A stretch of DNA of 64,000 bases from Lingula anatina (GCA_051362555.1 CM120648.1:535721-599720); one strand, 5' to 3'; positions 49,959 through 64,000 are shown, counted from the first letter of the stretch. Notes: generated by a model from the letters alone, not told the origin. Numbers and translations are program-made.

Positions 49959-51934
49959 AGCTCTCCGAGCCAACGGTCAACGTATGATTCCCCATGCCAG
50001 CGTTTATAAAACACCAAGTAGACACATCTCCTCCCCTCCAACACACAAACGTTTTTGGAAGAAACTCCTTTATGGGGTGGGGTGTTCTTGATAATGAGTT
50101 AGCCTTTATATTCCACCACGACCATAAGATGTCCCTTACTTTTCCTATATAAGTGTAAGTGCCACAGAAACCACATTAAATATTTGCTTGTACTCCTGCC
50201 CTGTAAGACTTCATAAGCAACTCGCCTCACACAGCATCTATGTAGTTAAGTAACATCGGGCTGCATGTATGTCGTTTCAGGTTTGGTGGTCTTGTAATGA
50301 ATGGCAAAAAGAGGGCGTTTCACAGGTGGACATATCTGTGCATACATGTAATTGTAACTTCTACAGTCATTGAGGTATCGAAAGGTAAGAAGAAGGAACT
50401 ATGTAAATCTACACTTACTGCAGCAAACGTGCTTTGTTTTAGATATCAGGAAATACCTATCGTATAATCATTACAAATTGATTTTTACTCACACCACGCT
50501 TCCACATGCTTTTGTTTCAAGCACATTATATTATTCGCTCAATAGCCCTCGTCGCGGCAAAAAAGGTCAACTGTTTAAGAACAAGAACCCCTCTTGAAAT
50601 TTAAGTTAAATAGACTGCAATTCAAGGGCTAATGTACGCTAATAAAAAATACATGTCATTCTCATGCTCAGGGTTCCAAACCTGTGCAGCTTTGATTATA
50701 TTTGTGCTGGTTTCTCGTCAAGTTACTTTGTCTGCTCTCTTGTCCGTGCTATATGAGTTATATGATGATCCAATTAAAAAAATAAAATAAAATAAACAGG
50801 CACCTTTGTCACAAATATACATTTACAGTGTAGTACATAATTTCCATTCTAATTTACTATAAATTCTGATTGGCAGCAGTACATTATAGTAAACCGAGAA
50901 GAGGCAAGTGTCCGAACCTGTTAGGCGTGCAACGGGGCTTGCGAACATCCCGTTATATTGTCTTACGCAAAGACAAACATGGTTATATACTTTGCGTAAA
51001 ATACATTATACACAATTGTTCAATACATTATCTTATTTAAATGATATATAATTGTTATCAAGGTAATGTCCACAATATATTGTTTGATATAAACTAATAT
51101 CAAAGTTACAATTAATGAAAATTAGGTATGAAAGCCGAATCAAGATTTTACTTCCTTGTTTAAAAAATGAAAACAGCTGCCATCGGTGATCAAGTAACCT
51201 CACCTAGTGCAACCGGCCAAGGTCAAAGCGACTGATCTCGATCAAAAGAATCACTCCACTTAGGAATGTGTGAAAATAGTATTGACTTTTGCTTTTGTTG
51301 TCTCGCGATGTAGAAACCCCAGCACCTTTATGTTCTTTCATACTCATTATTTACTTCCTTCCAGTTGGTTCCCGCGCCGCTTTCTATCTATTTTTCTTTC
51401 TACCTCCAGCGACCTTCTCCCGTTTATACATCACATTCCTCTGTATAAGTATAATAAGAACATGTCAATCAAGTCAGTAACGCTAAAGTGCGCTGCCCGC
51501 TCCTTACTCACTCACGGCTCATCTGTTAAAAAAACTTTTTGACCACTGGTCCATAATCCAATGGCAAATATACGCCCCTAGAAAAAAAGTGTCACCACTA
51601 ATGCAATTATGTTCATTGCTATAAGGGTATCCATAGTTTTAATTTTACATTACAACCGATCATCATGTAAATTGGGCATGAGATTGGAAAACAAGTGGCT
51701 GAAGTTCGCCCCTTTACCAGAAACGCTCTAAACAATAGTTTCATTACTTCCTGGGCCAACATAGCCCCCAGAAGATTAGTGAACCGTTATCAGGCTATGC
51801 CAAGAAGGATGGTGGCCATATTGACACCACGTGGATATCTTAGAGAATATTAATATGCGTTATGCAAAATGGTGCAGTACTTTTTAAACCCTTCTGTGCA
51901 TGTATATTACGTGAGTTTTCCTTATGTTTACCAG

Positions 51935-54900
51935 GTGACGCCTGTCTTGACCCAGGACGTCCAGCAGATGGGGTTCAGATCGCCACCAGTTATCAGCAAG
52001 GCTCTCTGGTCTCCTTTACCTGTCTCCGTGGGGGGTATGAGCCCAGGCCCGAGTTCCCGCTCATGTGTATTATGGTGGGAGGCAAACCGCAGTGGAATGC
52101 ATCTGTTCCTATCTGTGAAGGTCAGTTGATGTCGTCGTAATTCTATATATATCTCTCAAAATTAGGAAAGAAAAATATCTCATCTTACATGCCGTCGAAA
52201 AATTTTCCTCAACTTGGGCTTCACTCTCGTGAACTTCCAACTAAAAATGACCAGGCAGATTCACGTCGTACACCATTCGACGTCATATGACGCACACTTC
52301 TGGCACAATCTTATCTCCTCCGGTACCTTTCATTGTAGGGCCAGGAAGAGGTTCAGATCAGCATGGCGAAAACTGATATACAATGTGCAACACAGGAGCT
52401 TGCATAACTTATCTTATTTTTGATATACATTTTAAGCTACCTGTATACATTATTGAGAAATAAGCATTTTCTTATCAGAAATAAAACAAGCATTATGGTT
52501 AATGTTGATCTGATTGTATCTATTTTTTTAAAGACGTGGAATCACCCCAGTTAGTGAACTGTCCTCCAGAGGTGTTATATGTGAACAAATACTACACAGC
52601 AGACATCAGTTCACCAGCAGCCACCGACAACTCCGGCATGGCCACCGTCACCGTCAGTCCTGCCACCTTCCTGCCAAATCTGACCCTGACCGAGCCCGTC
52701 ATTGTCACCTATACCGCCACGGACCCAACAGGAAACACAGTATCTTGTATGGTGGAGATAAGAATTAGAAGTAAGTATATACCAATTGCCAGTTTATAGT
52801 TAAAAGAATTATGTTACGTTGGTTTGAAAACGGTTGTTGGTTTTTTTACAGCAGCAGGCATATCCATGATCAAGTTGAGTTTTATAAAGCTGAATGTCTT
52901 ATTGGAGGTGTTCAAAACCTGACCGTTTGAACAAATATTGATCTAAGTTGTAAATCACAGCTCTTATCTTTTTTCATATGAAATTGAAAGGCTCTGTGGT
53001 GGCAGTGTCTGTTACTTATGCTACACACAGAATCAAACACAAAGGTTATCACTGCCTCTTTGACAAAGAGTCTTTAAAGGGATTCAGTTTTGGTGTGTGT
53101 TTTGATCGCTATTTTGAAGAATTTAAAAATGACAAATCTATCAAACTTCTACCGGTAACTGTATGGTATTACCATCAAACTTCTGATATGACAAATTGTC
53201 GTGCATGCATTTCAGCACATATGCTCCCGGATGATACACCCCCCAGAGTTACCTGCCCCGACCCTGTGATAGTGTACATAGAGAATAACACAGTGCCCAA
53301 GTCAGTCCAGTTCACGGGGGCGGTGGCCAGTGCTGGGACAACAGTGACATATGAACCCTCAGAAATGACCTATAATGCCTCGGACATAGACAACCTGCAG
53401 ACCCCTGTAGTGGTGACAGCCAGGAATATGATAAACAATACTGCTCAGTGTAGATTTCATGTGGCGGTCAAAGGTTGGTGGATATATATTATGAACTTTA
53501 ATCATACATGTAATTACATTCTATTTTTGTTCTATATACGGGTAGTCAATCACATGTTTTATCTTTCTTCAATTGTCTTTTTCTCTTTCTCTGTATTGTG
53601 TTTTGTGTGCTGTGTCATTTTAGAATGACTGATTTAGCATGATAGTCGATATAGCATACATTCCGATCTTAGCAATAAAACCATTGATCTTCTGTTCTTT
53701 GACCAATATATGCCGTCCATGATAATGAAAACAGTAATATTTCAGCTGCTAACTGCACACTATGGGCTCTGCCTGCCCCAGCCAATGGTCGGAAGAGATG
53801 CACTATGTCATCAGGAGGTGGTTTTACCTGTATATTAACATGTGACAATGGATATGCCTTTGAACATGCCTCTGGAAACCTCACTTATACCTGTGATGGC
53901 AACGAAGACTGGGTGCCTGGCAAATACGTGCCAGATTGTGTTGGTATGTATGAGACAGTCTGCCTTCAATTTGTCCTCCTTTTATTTTTTTTTCTCTCAG
54001 CGATTGTATCTCTTTGGAGATTCAACATGGACTTATGTACTGTACAGAAAATGGGATGAAAAGGAAAATATTTTATATGTTCGTCTTGAACAAATGCATT
54101 TTTAACTGATGAAAGTATATGGACTTGACTTGACTGCAGATGTTGACATTTTGATCCATTGTTATTGTTCACATGCAAAAAGGTGAAGTAAACACTTGTT
54201 CCTGTTATTAGTCACTAATTGACAGTAAGCTTACCTTTTAATTTTTTATGAACATTTTTACTGGTTTCCTGGCTTTATGTTGAAAGGTTTATCATATTGT
54301 GTATAAATGTCAGCGACGATAAACAAGTAGAATATAGACTTATAAATGAATAAAAATACAAAGAAAACAGGCAACAAAAACGTTTTCAGTGGTAATTTTA
54401 ATTCAATCAAGAAACACATTCCAAAAGTATATTTTACTGATATATTCCAGCCACAAGCAAGGCTCTCTTTACCTTTTCCTTACAACAGACATATGATGCA
54501 GCCGGGGGAGAGCTTAATGACGTTTGTATCCAAGACTACACATCGCATTTTAACAGTGAAATCGGGGCGGTTACTGATGCATTCGAGATTAGTTTCAATA
54601 GATTTTATGTACCAGGGGCTAATATGACAGCTATAGTGCGCGACACAGCCATGGGGATACTGAGCGCCAGTCAGGTACATTTACTTTATGCAATTGATGC
54701 CATTTTCACTTCTTTATAATACTGAAATGATGAAATGGTATTAGAATGTAATGATGCATTAAGATGAAAACTTAATCTGAATATTTCATTTTAACTGAAT
54801 ACAGATCACTCAATATTTGTATTACTGTCATAAAGATTTGTTCACATATTATACGTATTACGTTTTATATAGGTGGAGCTTAATATGACCTTCGTCTTTA

Positions 54901-57900
54901 CTCCGAGAAACATTTCAGACTCTGAATACCTCAACATGCACATATTTGTCTCAACAATATTTAATACTGGAGGAAACCAAGTAAAACCTGTGAAACAGCT
55001 GACGGGACGAAGCGGTTGTGCCACCGTGACAGCCAAGTTAGGCACTGTTCGAGACAGGTTCATTGACTACATATGTCCCAGCAATAGCAAAGTTAGATAC
55101 CAAACTGATAACAACATTTGCTGTAAGTTTCAATGATTGTGATATTTTCAGTCAACATATTATTTTGAAATGGACATTCAACAGTGGTCTCCTATTATGT
55201 AGCTTGTTCTACAAAAAGTGAACTTTTGAGTCACGTTTGTGACTCATATTTTGTTGACATTTTTATTTACATATATTTTTATATTTTTTATCACTGTTGA
55301 TTTTTTATGTATACGATGGTTCTACAAGCAGAGAAAATATAGGGCAAATCAGACTTCTGAAGAATGTTGAACCATATTTTTGCGTCACTTGGTAAACTCT
55401 AATATCCACTTTTTTGGAATTATCCCCTTCCATGATGTCTGCAAAAATTTGGTTAAGCGAATAACGAAAAAAGAAAGAAAAGCAGGGAATATGAAGTTTG
55501 GACTTTTATTTCTGAAATCTCTAATAAAAGTAATGAATCTAGAGATAACTGTTACATGTAATTAAACTAGGGGTACCACAGAAGTAATATCTTAGTGTTA
55601 TATAATTAATTATTATACATAATTAATTACTGGCTCTGAATGGAACATCATCGTGCAATTTTGTCTTATCTCTCAGGGCACTCATCTGTGGAATTAAGAG
55701 GCCAAATTAAGGGAAGATTAATACCTTTTTATTTACATTTCATTTTCTTTCAGTGGAATGTCCATCAGGTCAGTACAGGTCACGTGATAGGTGTCACCTG
55801 TGTCCACTGGGGACGTACCAGGACATTCAGGGTCAGACTGAGTGTACGCCGTGTCCAGCAAGTACCTGGACGTACAGTATGGGCAGCAATAATATAGATG
55901 ACTGCAGGGGTGAGTGGAGCACAGGGTTTGGGAATATTTTATAGGAGGACTTTTTAAGGCAAAGTACTAAAGTAGAGGTAGGTAGGGTACAGGGACGACT
56001 GATCCTGTACATAAATGTAAGAACGTAATATATACGAACAAAACTGTGAGCAAAAATCTAATATACTGGTACATGTATGTTTTTTATCCTGTTTAAGACT
56101 AGAAATATATTTTGCACTATAACACTTAATGGTGCATAAAAAATATTAATTCGCAGCAATAATAATCTGATTATGCTTCAGCATTCCATTTATACCTGTT
56201 CAAACAAAAGCTAAATTTTATATGTAAAGCTATGAAACTATTTTCACACTCATTTTTATAATGAAACTGTTTTGGCATAATAAAAACACTTGACTAATTT
56301 TGTATTTTTACATTTGGAAATTAATATGAACAACAGATATAAATTGTTTTACATTTTGTAAGTTCACATCACCTTGATAAGGAACCAGGCATTCTAGACA
56401 CACACACATATTTGTTTAAGCATTTTCGATGTTTGCAGCAACTTGTTTTGCCGGTTTCGTGTCTGCCACTGGTCTGCCGCCGTGTTTGGAGTGCCCTGTA
56501 AACTCTAACTCTGTCAACAGCACCTACTGTGAGCAGTGCCCTGAAGTGAATGCCACAAACGGCACTGGGAAGGACAGCATCACAGACTGTGAAGGTGAGA
56601 AAACAAAAACATTTAGAATTGCAGTTATTAAGAAATATTACCATTTGTTTTATTTTATAATAATATGTATAAGTGTATTACATTGGAGACTTACGTTTTA
56701 CTAGCAAGCTTATATATATCATTTAAAAACAGTATTACAATTGTATTTCAAAAAAACATAATTTCACCATTTAAAATGTAATTCAAAATTCAGCAGTGCC
56801 TTCGATTTATTTCCATTTAAATTCGCTTTAAAAGCTGTAGTTGTTATACTGTGATTCCCTCAATCTAGAATACAGAAAAATTGACTGTTATGCAAACGTA
56901 CAAGGAAAAGTACGTTGGTTTGAACACGGTTGTTGATTTGTTACTGCGACCGACCTATCCATGATCAAATTGAGTTAAATAAGCCCCATGTCTTACTGAA
57001 GGTGTTTAAAACTTGACTGATTAAACAAAAATCGATCTAGGTTGTAATGAAGCTTTTTTTCTTTCATATGAGACTGAATGGCTGAGCGATGGTAGTCGCA
57101 AGTGCTTGGCCTACACATAGAATCAAACACAAAAGTTACCACTGGCTCTTTGACAAAGATTCTTTTAAGGGTTTCGGTTTAGGTGTATGTGTTGATCACC
57201 ATGAAATACATGCTTGCGTTTGTTGAACATTTCTTTCTTTTTCTTTTGAATAATTTAAAAATGACAAATCTGTCAAACTAACTGTTTGGCATCATCGTCG
57301 ATTTTCTGATATTACGAATGGTCGTGCATGTATTGCAGCACACGTGCTCCCGGATGATACACCCCCCAGAGTCACCTGCCCCGACCCTGTGATAGTGTAC
57401 ATAGAGAATAACACAGTGCCCAAGTCAGTCCAGTTCACGGGGGCGGTGGCCAGTGCTGGGGCCACGGTGACCTATGAACCCGCAGAAATGACTTATAATG
57501 CCTCGGACATAGACAGCCTGCTGTCCCCTGTAGTGGTGACGGCCAGAGATATGATGAACAATATTGACCAGTGTAGATTTCATGTGGCCGTCAAAGGTTG
57601 GTGGATATGTATTATGAAACTTAATCATACATGTAATTGAATCCTTCTTTTGTCCAGCTGTTCAATCCCATATTGCTTCTATCTTCTTTCTCTTTATCTC
57701 TCTTTATCCCTCTGTACCAGTGTTTGTGTTTTGTGTGCTTGGTCTTTGTGGAAGGACTGATTGAGCCTTTCAATATTGGCATATGTACCGATTTCAAAAA
57801 AAAAAAAAAAAAGAAAAAACATCGTTCTTCTGACAGGTGTTTGACCAATATTTGCCATCCATGATAATAAAAACAGTACCATTTCAGCTGCTAACTGCAC

Positions 57901-60900
57901 ACTATGGGCTCTGCCTGCCCCAGCAAATGGTCAGAAGAGATGCACTATGTCACCAGGAGGTGGTTTTACCTGTTTAATGGTTTGTAACACTGGTTATGCC
58001 TTTGAACATACCTCTGGAAATCTCAGATATACCTGTGATGGCAACAAAGACTGGGTACCTGGCAAATATGTGCCAGATTGTGCTGGTATGTTTGAGGCAG
58101 CCTGCCTTCAATTTTTTCGAGTGTTAAGAATCCCTCTGTGGATTCAATTTGGACTTTCATACTGCACAGAAGATATGATAAACGTGGTAGTCTTTCATTT
58201 GTTCTCCTTGAACAAATTCATTGTTTTTTAACAAATGGAAGTAAAGTAAATAAACCTCTATTGGCTGGAAATGTTGACAATTTCATCCATTGTTATTGTT
58301 TACATGCAAAAGGTATATGCACTTGTTTCTATTATAAATGCATATACCTTTGTATACATGTATCTAACTGACAGTACGATTACCTTGAAATTTTGTGGAA
58401 TTTTTTTCATGGTGAAAGATTTATCATATTGTGTCTAAATGTCAACGACGATAAACCAGTGAAAATTAAAATTTATATGTGAATAAAATTCAGAGAAAAC
58501 AGGAAATCAAAAATATTATTATCATAGTCGTTTTTAGCGATACATTTAAATTCAATTCGGAAATATATCCCAAACTTATTTTTTGCTCTTCCAGCCACGA
58601 GCAAAGCACTTTTTACATTTTCCTTGCAACAAACATACGAGACAGACGGGGGAGGACCGGAGCTTAATGATGTTTGTATTCAAGATTACGGGAAACATTT
58701 TAACAGTGAAATCGGGGCAATTACTGATGCCTTGGAGGTTTCTTTGGGAAGAATTTATGTACGAGGGGCTAATATGACAGCCTTAGTCCGAGACACATCC
58801 TTGTGGATACTGAGTCCCACACAGGTTCATGTATTTAACACCTTATTGTTATTTTCACCTCTTTACAATACCAACATTATGCCATAGTTATCGTATTAGA
58901 ATATTATAAAGCATTCAGATGAAGCGAAATATGAAAAATGCAAAATTTAACTGAATACAGATCACTCAGTGTTGTATTTCTTTTAACAAGATTTATTCAC
59001 GTATCTTACATACTACGTTTTATTTAGGTGGACGTTTATATGACCTTCGCCTTTACCCCGAGAACCATTTCAGACTCCGACTACCACACAATGGTACAAT
59101 TTGTCTTAACACGCTTTAATGAAGGAGAAAACGCAGTACTTCCTGTGAAGCAGCTGACCGGAAGACCTGAATGTCCTACAGTGACGGCCCAGTTAGGCTC
59201 TGTTCAAGAGAGACCCATAGCCTACATATGTCCCAGCAACAGCAAAATTAGATACCAAACTGATAATAACATTTGCTGTGAGTTTCAATGATTGTGATAT
59301 TTTCAGTCAACATATTATTTTGAAATGGACATTCAACAGTGGGCTCCCTTTATGTAGCTAATTCTACTGGAGTCTAAGTGGACATTTGAGTCGCATTTAT
59401 GACTCATGTTTTGTTGATATTTACATATTTGTTTATATAACTTTTTATCACTGTTGATTTTTTATGTAAAGGAGGGATCTACAAGGAGAGAAAATATTGG
59501 GCAAATCAGACTTATGAAAAAATGTTTTGAACCAAATATTTGCGTCACTTACTTCACTTCCACTAATTGTTGAATTATCCCCTCCCATTTGCTTCCCGAA
59601 ACAAATAAAGGAAAGATGAATATCTTACATATTTCATTTTCTTTCAGTGGAGTGTCCATCAGGCCAGTACAGGTCAGGTGGAAGGTGTTACCGTTGTCCA
59701 CTAGGGACGTACCAGGACATGCATGGCCAGACCAGGTGTATGTCGTGTCCAGCAGGTACCTGGACATACAGCATAGGCAGCAATAAGATAGAGGACTGCA
59801 GGGGTAAGTGGAGCACAGGGTCTGGGGATCTGAGAGTAGGCACAAGATATATGTGTTGCCTTTTTAAAGCAAGGTACACTAATGTTGGGGTAAGTTGGAC
59901 ACAGACATCCTGTACAAAACAGATAGTTTGCTTTACATTTCGTAATTTCACATCACCTAGGTAAGAAACCGGTCGTCTATGCCAAAAGCATATATGTTTT
60001 GATTAATTGCTCAATTTCAATGTTTGCAGCAACTTGTTTTGCCGGTTTCGTATCTGCCACTGGTCTGCCGCCGTGTTTGGAGTGCCCTGTGAACTCCTAC
60101 TCTGTGAACATCACCTACTGTGAGCAGTGTTCTGATGGGAGTATCACCCTCGGCACGGGGAAGGGCAGCGTCACTGACTGTAAAAGTGAGGAAAAAGAGC
60201 TTTTAAACATTTGGAATGGCTGTTCTTTAGAAATTTGAGACTGACGTTTTGTAATATATATATATAAAAGCTTTCTTTGCTTTTATATATATTACCTCGG
60301 TCTAAAATACAGAGAAATTGACAGTGATGCAAAAGTACAAGAAAATCAATGTGAATAAATTGAATTCATTAATACAGAAACTTTACTATTTCTACAATTT
60401 GTCACTCTTTCTCTGTATTCAGATGAATGTCCTCTTGGCCAGTATTCGTTTGATGGGTTCTACCCCTGCCAGGCCTGTCCCCAAGGGTTCTACCAGGACA
60501 CCAAACAGAGCCTGTCCTGTCAGGAGTGTCCAGCTAATACCACCACTCTGATGACCGCGGCCACTCACTTGGACAACTGTACAGATATTGGTAAGCTGCC
60601 CTACAGCAGGAATACACCTGAGTTACTCGGTGTCATATTTAATGAATATATCTACCAGCCAATCATCTGGACAAATACACTGATATTGGTGAGGCGAATT
60701 GAGAGATTTCTGCTTTCTTTACGTTGCCAACAACGTCTGTTGATCTTCATTGAAAACATTAACTAGCAGTTGGTGGATTTATTCTTTCATTTAATATGTA
60801 TTTTATTTATATTTGTTCGGCATTCTGTTCAGTTGTAAAGTTAATTAAAGTCAAAGATACTATTGCCTTTGCTTTCATCAATATATTAGAAGAAACAATA

Positions 60901-62630
60901 CTTAATACTTACCGTTTTTGAAACCGAAGCAATATCGTAAAGTCAGTCCGATCCATTCTTGCAATACCTTTATTACAAATGTATTTGTTTTCGACTATTT
61001 CAGTATGTTCCCTCAGTTCATGTTCCAATATTGGAACCTGCTATCCTCACGGCCACACTTACTATTGCATGTGTCCGGCAGGTAAGACTTGGGCACTGGC
61101 CAATAACACATAAAAAGCTCTTCAAGACATTCCGTCTTGTCTGTTGTTAACCTTTATGACCGTTTCAAAACAGGTAGTTGGGATACACGCCTTATCATTG
61201 ACAAAAATCCATATTTACCTATAACAATGTTTGAAATATGTTTGAAAGTTTGATTGCTTTTTACGACAGAAGAACCTTTAAAGAAGCTTAGTGAACAGTA
61301 AATTGGTAAATCTTGGTAAATATTATTAGCTTGGCTGGCCTCTAAGGTTTGAAATACGGTTGTTGATATTTTCAATTCATAGAGAGCTTTGATGACTTGT
61401 CTTGTTGAACTGTGTAGTGCTGTTCTATTCAGGTTACACAGGCCGAAACTGTGAGATAATGACCAACCATTGTGACTCTATACCGTGTTACTATGGCGCC
61501 CTGTGCACACCTGTTGTGAATGGATTCACCTGTGACTGTACCACGGCCCACAAGGCAGGACAAACTAGTTAGTGGTTCCACTAGATCTTGATATATTGCC
61601 CAAATAGTATTGATTCTGTAGTTAACTTTTTATGCATAGTATCCAGACAAAGGCAGAAGACTATATGTGTAACATTTCCGAAACGTTCCCAGTGCTTCTA
61701 ATACTGTTAGACATCTAAAGGCTGATACTTCAACCCTTCTGCCGTATTTGCCTTACTCATATCACTTTACATAATAATTTAACAACAAAGACTTTTTAAA
61801 TGATGATTCTTTTAATACATTTGTTCACTTTAAAGTATTAGCTTATACACCCTCTTTCTCGGCATTCCCAGCATATAGTGGTCTGAGATGTGAGCATGAA
61901 GCAAATCAGTGCAGTAACAGCACTGGGTTTCCAATCCACGACTGCAAATATGGCGGCATGTGTCAGGACTTGGAGGCAGGCTACAACTGCCTGTGTTTAC
62001 CAAATGGAAATTTCACCGGAGACAGGTAAGTTTGTACAAATTTCTTGTTATCAAAAAACATGCACGCGCGCACACTCATACACGCACACATTCACATACA
62101 CACATGGAAACAAAAACACAGCGGAAGGTCCATAGTTTTGCAAAGGAAGCAAGATTTAACATTAACTTAATGGACACTTTTCGAGTACATTAAGCATTCA
62201 TTTGTAGTGAACCAGTATTAACGCCCTTTTCTCTTGTGCGCTCAAATTTATTGGGATAACACGTGTGAAACATATGGCAAATACTTTTCAAAATGGCAAT
62301 TAAATAAAGCACATGGATGTAATCTTTTAAGATGCGAGACAACCAGAAAAGTTTGCCGAGAAAATCCCTGTCGTAACGGAGCTGCTTGTATTCCTGTTGG
62401 AGCCAATGGCATTGAGCGGGACTGCATTTGTCAGGCGGAATATACTGGTCAAGACTGTGAAACAAGGATTACGGGTTAGCTTTGAATGAATACAACCTTC
62501 TAATTGTTGTTGTTCTAATTAGTGACACAAATTCAACCAGAATTGCACTAATAAAATGAACTCATAAAATAAACTTTTGTACTTTTCAATCATTGCCCAT
62601 GAATTTTGGTAAAAAGTGCATCAGCATAAA

Positions 62631-62666
<36 letters not shown>

Positions 62667-63324
62667 GTGCATGCTTGCATGCGCGCGTGTGTTGTAATGT
62701 GTATTCCAGTCGAGATGCAAAAACAGATAAATTTGCAAACTAAATAGGCAATCTGATAGTTTGGCTTACTTAGCAAGGTAGACAGATACTGATAAGTAAA
62801 TATTTTCATCTGTATTTTTTACATGTATTTATTTTAACTCCCTATAGGGTCTATTTTCATTGATCCATTGGATCCATTGTCAATTAACGTAAATTTTTGC
62901 AGTGTCCAACACGGATGTCCCTGTGGGTACAATAGCGGCTGTCACAGTTTCTGCACTTCTTCTAGTTATTTCTTCTGTGGTCATAGCTGTATTCGTCAGA
63001 CGAAAGAGATGTAGAAAAAATACAGGTATATTATTTACTTAACTTGGACTTTAATCATTGGAACTAAAAAAAGGCCAAACGTTATTGTAATTATTTTAGA
63101 TAACAATCGGAAATTTCAGTTTGTTCAACATTGTTTTGAGATTTTACTGTTTACGTCATAACTTGAACAGTAATGGAAACGACACAAAATATTTGACAAT
63201 TCACATTAAAAGAACATATGGAAAACTATATAAAACTAAGTAATCATCTCTTATGTGGCGTGATATTTCAGATAAAAGGCAAAAAGAAGATGGTGAAACT
63301 AAAATGACTGAAGAACTCATGCAG
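51935..63324 (+). CDS. Type I membrane protein with sushi/CCP, HYR, GCC2-GCC3 (ephrin-receptor-like Cys-rich) and EGF domains; uninflatable/SVEP1-like (start and last exon not identified)
   Basis: Frame-consistent exons: 51935-52120 sushi; 52534-52770 HYR; unit 1 [53216-53473 HYR, 53746-53943 sushi-like, 54451-54674, 54873-55122, 55754-55909 CPLGTYQD..GQT.C..CP, 56439-56594]; unit 2 [57339-57596, 57888-58085, 58595-58824, 59028-59277, 59648-59803, 60030-60185]; 60423-60590 GCC repeat; EGF exons 61004-61081, 61433-61567, 61872-62025, 62332-62474; TM exon 62903-63025 (IAAVTVSALLLVISSVVIAVFV-RRKR); cytoplasmic exon 63272-63324. Confidence 0.9.
52815..60346 (+). repeat. Intragenic tandem segmental duplication (unit 1 ~52815-56909, unit 2 ~56910-60346)
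   Basis: TACGTTGGTTTGAA.ACGGTTGTTG opens both units. TCTA.AATACAGA.AAATTGAC.GT.ATGCAAA.GTACAAG closes both. Six exons and much of the intron sequence align. Confidence 0.92.
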
Positions 63325-63425
63325 GTAGTTGAGATTGGTGTTTAAATCAATTACAGTAAAGAATCTCAAATAACAGACACAATTAGTTTAAGTTATTCAA
63401 TCAAGCTATTTTAAGTAAATATTAA

Positions 63426-63429
<4 letters not shown>

Positions 63430-63484
<55 letters not shown>
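63430..63484. repeat. (TA)n microsatellite
   Basis: Direct reading. Confidence 0.95.
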
Positions 63485-63487
<3 letters not shown>

Positions 63488-63800
63488 TTACTACTTAATA
63501 TGGAATATTTTTTTTGGCGAGTAAATTTTCTACAAAATATTTATTTTCTCTCTAACTACTTTACATCCAAATCTGAGGTGTCACTCCCTGAGTAGCCAGG
63601 TGTGTTACCTAATTACCACACAACTCTCGAAACAATTGATGCATGCAGTTGCATGTTCTGTGATCAGAAATGTGAGGGAGGGTCTTTTCGGCAATTTCTG
63701 CCCTTGTATAAAAACTCATGGGTTTGGCCAATCTTTGGAGTGTATTTAGATAAGCAACAAAGGGATCGCTCTGAAACTTGACAGGTACCTTAGAGAAGAT

Positions 63801-64000
63801 ATGGTTCAACAGCTAAGCAACGCAGCTTGCTATGGGAATGTTGCTCTCAGAGAAAAAGACCAGAAACTGACAACCATTGCCAGGCAATGCAACATTTATC
63901 AGGAACTGTTAGTAAAGTCCTCCAAAGAAATGCTACAACAGGAGCACCTACTCCAATACCTCGTCCAGGCTGTCAGCGTATCACACCAAGAAGACAGGAT
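63801..64000 (+). pseudogene. Decayed Tc1/mariner transposase N-terminus (HTH region), frameshifted, truncated by the window edge
   Basis: ATG at 63801 reads MVQQLSN...LTTIARQCNIYQ. After a frameshift it reads GTVSKVLQRNATTGAPTPIPRPGCQRITPRRQD, which resembles the Tc1 pattern IAR.....TVS.....TG.....R.GRPR.TT.R.D. TATAAAAA lies upstream at ~63707. Confidence 0.65.

Noticed and set aside
50653-50790. Short hydrophobic ORF (MSFSCSGFQTCAALIIFVLVS...) as the receptor's signal-peptide exon
   Set aside because: No phase-1 GT donor compatible with the 51935 acceptor was found.
52978-53628. 216-aa ORF as a standalone gene
   Set aside because: Only 53216-53473 is exon (HYR). The rest is open intron sequence that is not kept in frame in the duplicate copy.

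Overview
AT-rich, intron-containing animal (invertebrate-like) genomic DNA; the species cannot be determined from the sequence. All exon models below were assembled by hand from GT-AG boundaries and reading-frame continuity. In order, the window holds: (1) the 5' part of a GT8-family GLT8D1/2-like glycosyltransferase gene (minus strand, running off the left edge); (2) about 0.9 kb upstream, an intact polysaccharide pyruvyltransferase ORF (EpsO/Pvg1-like) with no introns in the coding region, a family typical of microbes; (3) a divergent 7-exon tetraspanin; (4) at 17.7-40.6 kb, a cluster of four paralogous units encoding small secreted Cys-rich, Tyr-rich precursors that I do not recognise as any named family, which is the most novel system here. 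They share an R-W-[LM]-x-C start, a phase-2 intron inside a Gly codon and, where exon 2 is found, a C-D-[C/P]-x-x-C-x-C end. One member has lost a Cys pair in concert, one has no second exon of its own, and one carries a G-RKKR amidation/cleavage signal; (5) a type I membrane sushi/HYR/GCC2-GCC3/EGF protein gene (uninflatable/SVEP1-like) with an in-frame internal tandem duplication of six exons; (6) several MITEs with clean TIRs and TSDs, a decayed Tc1-like transposase start, and mini- and microsatellites.
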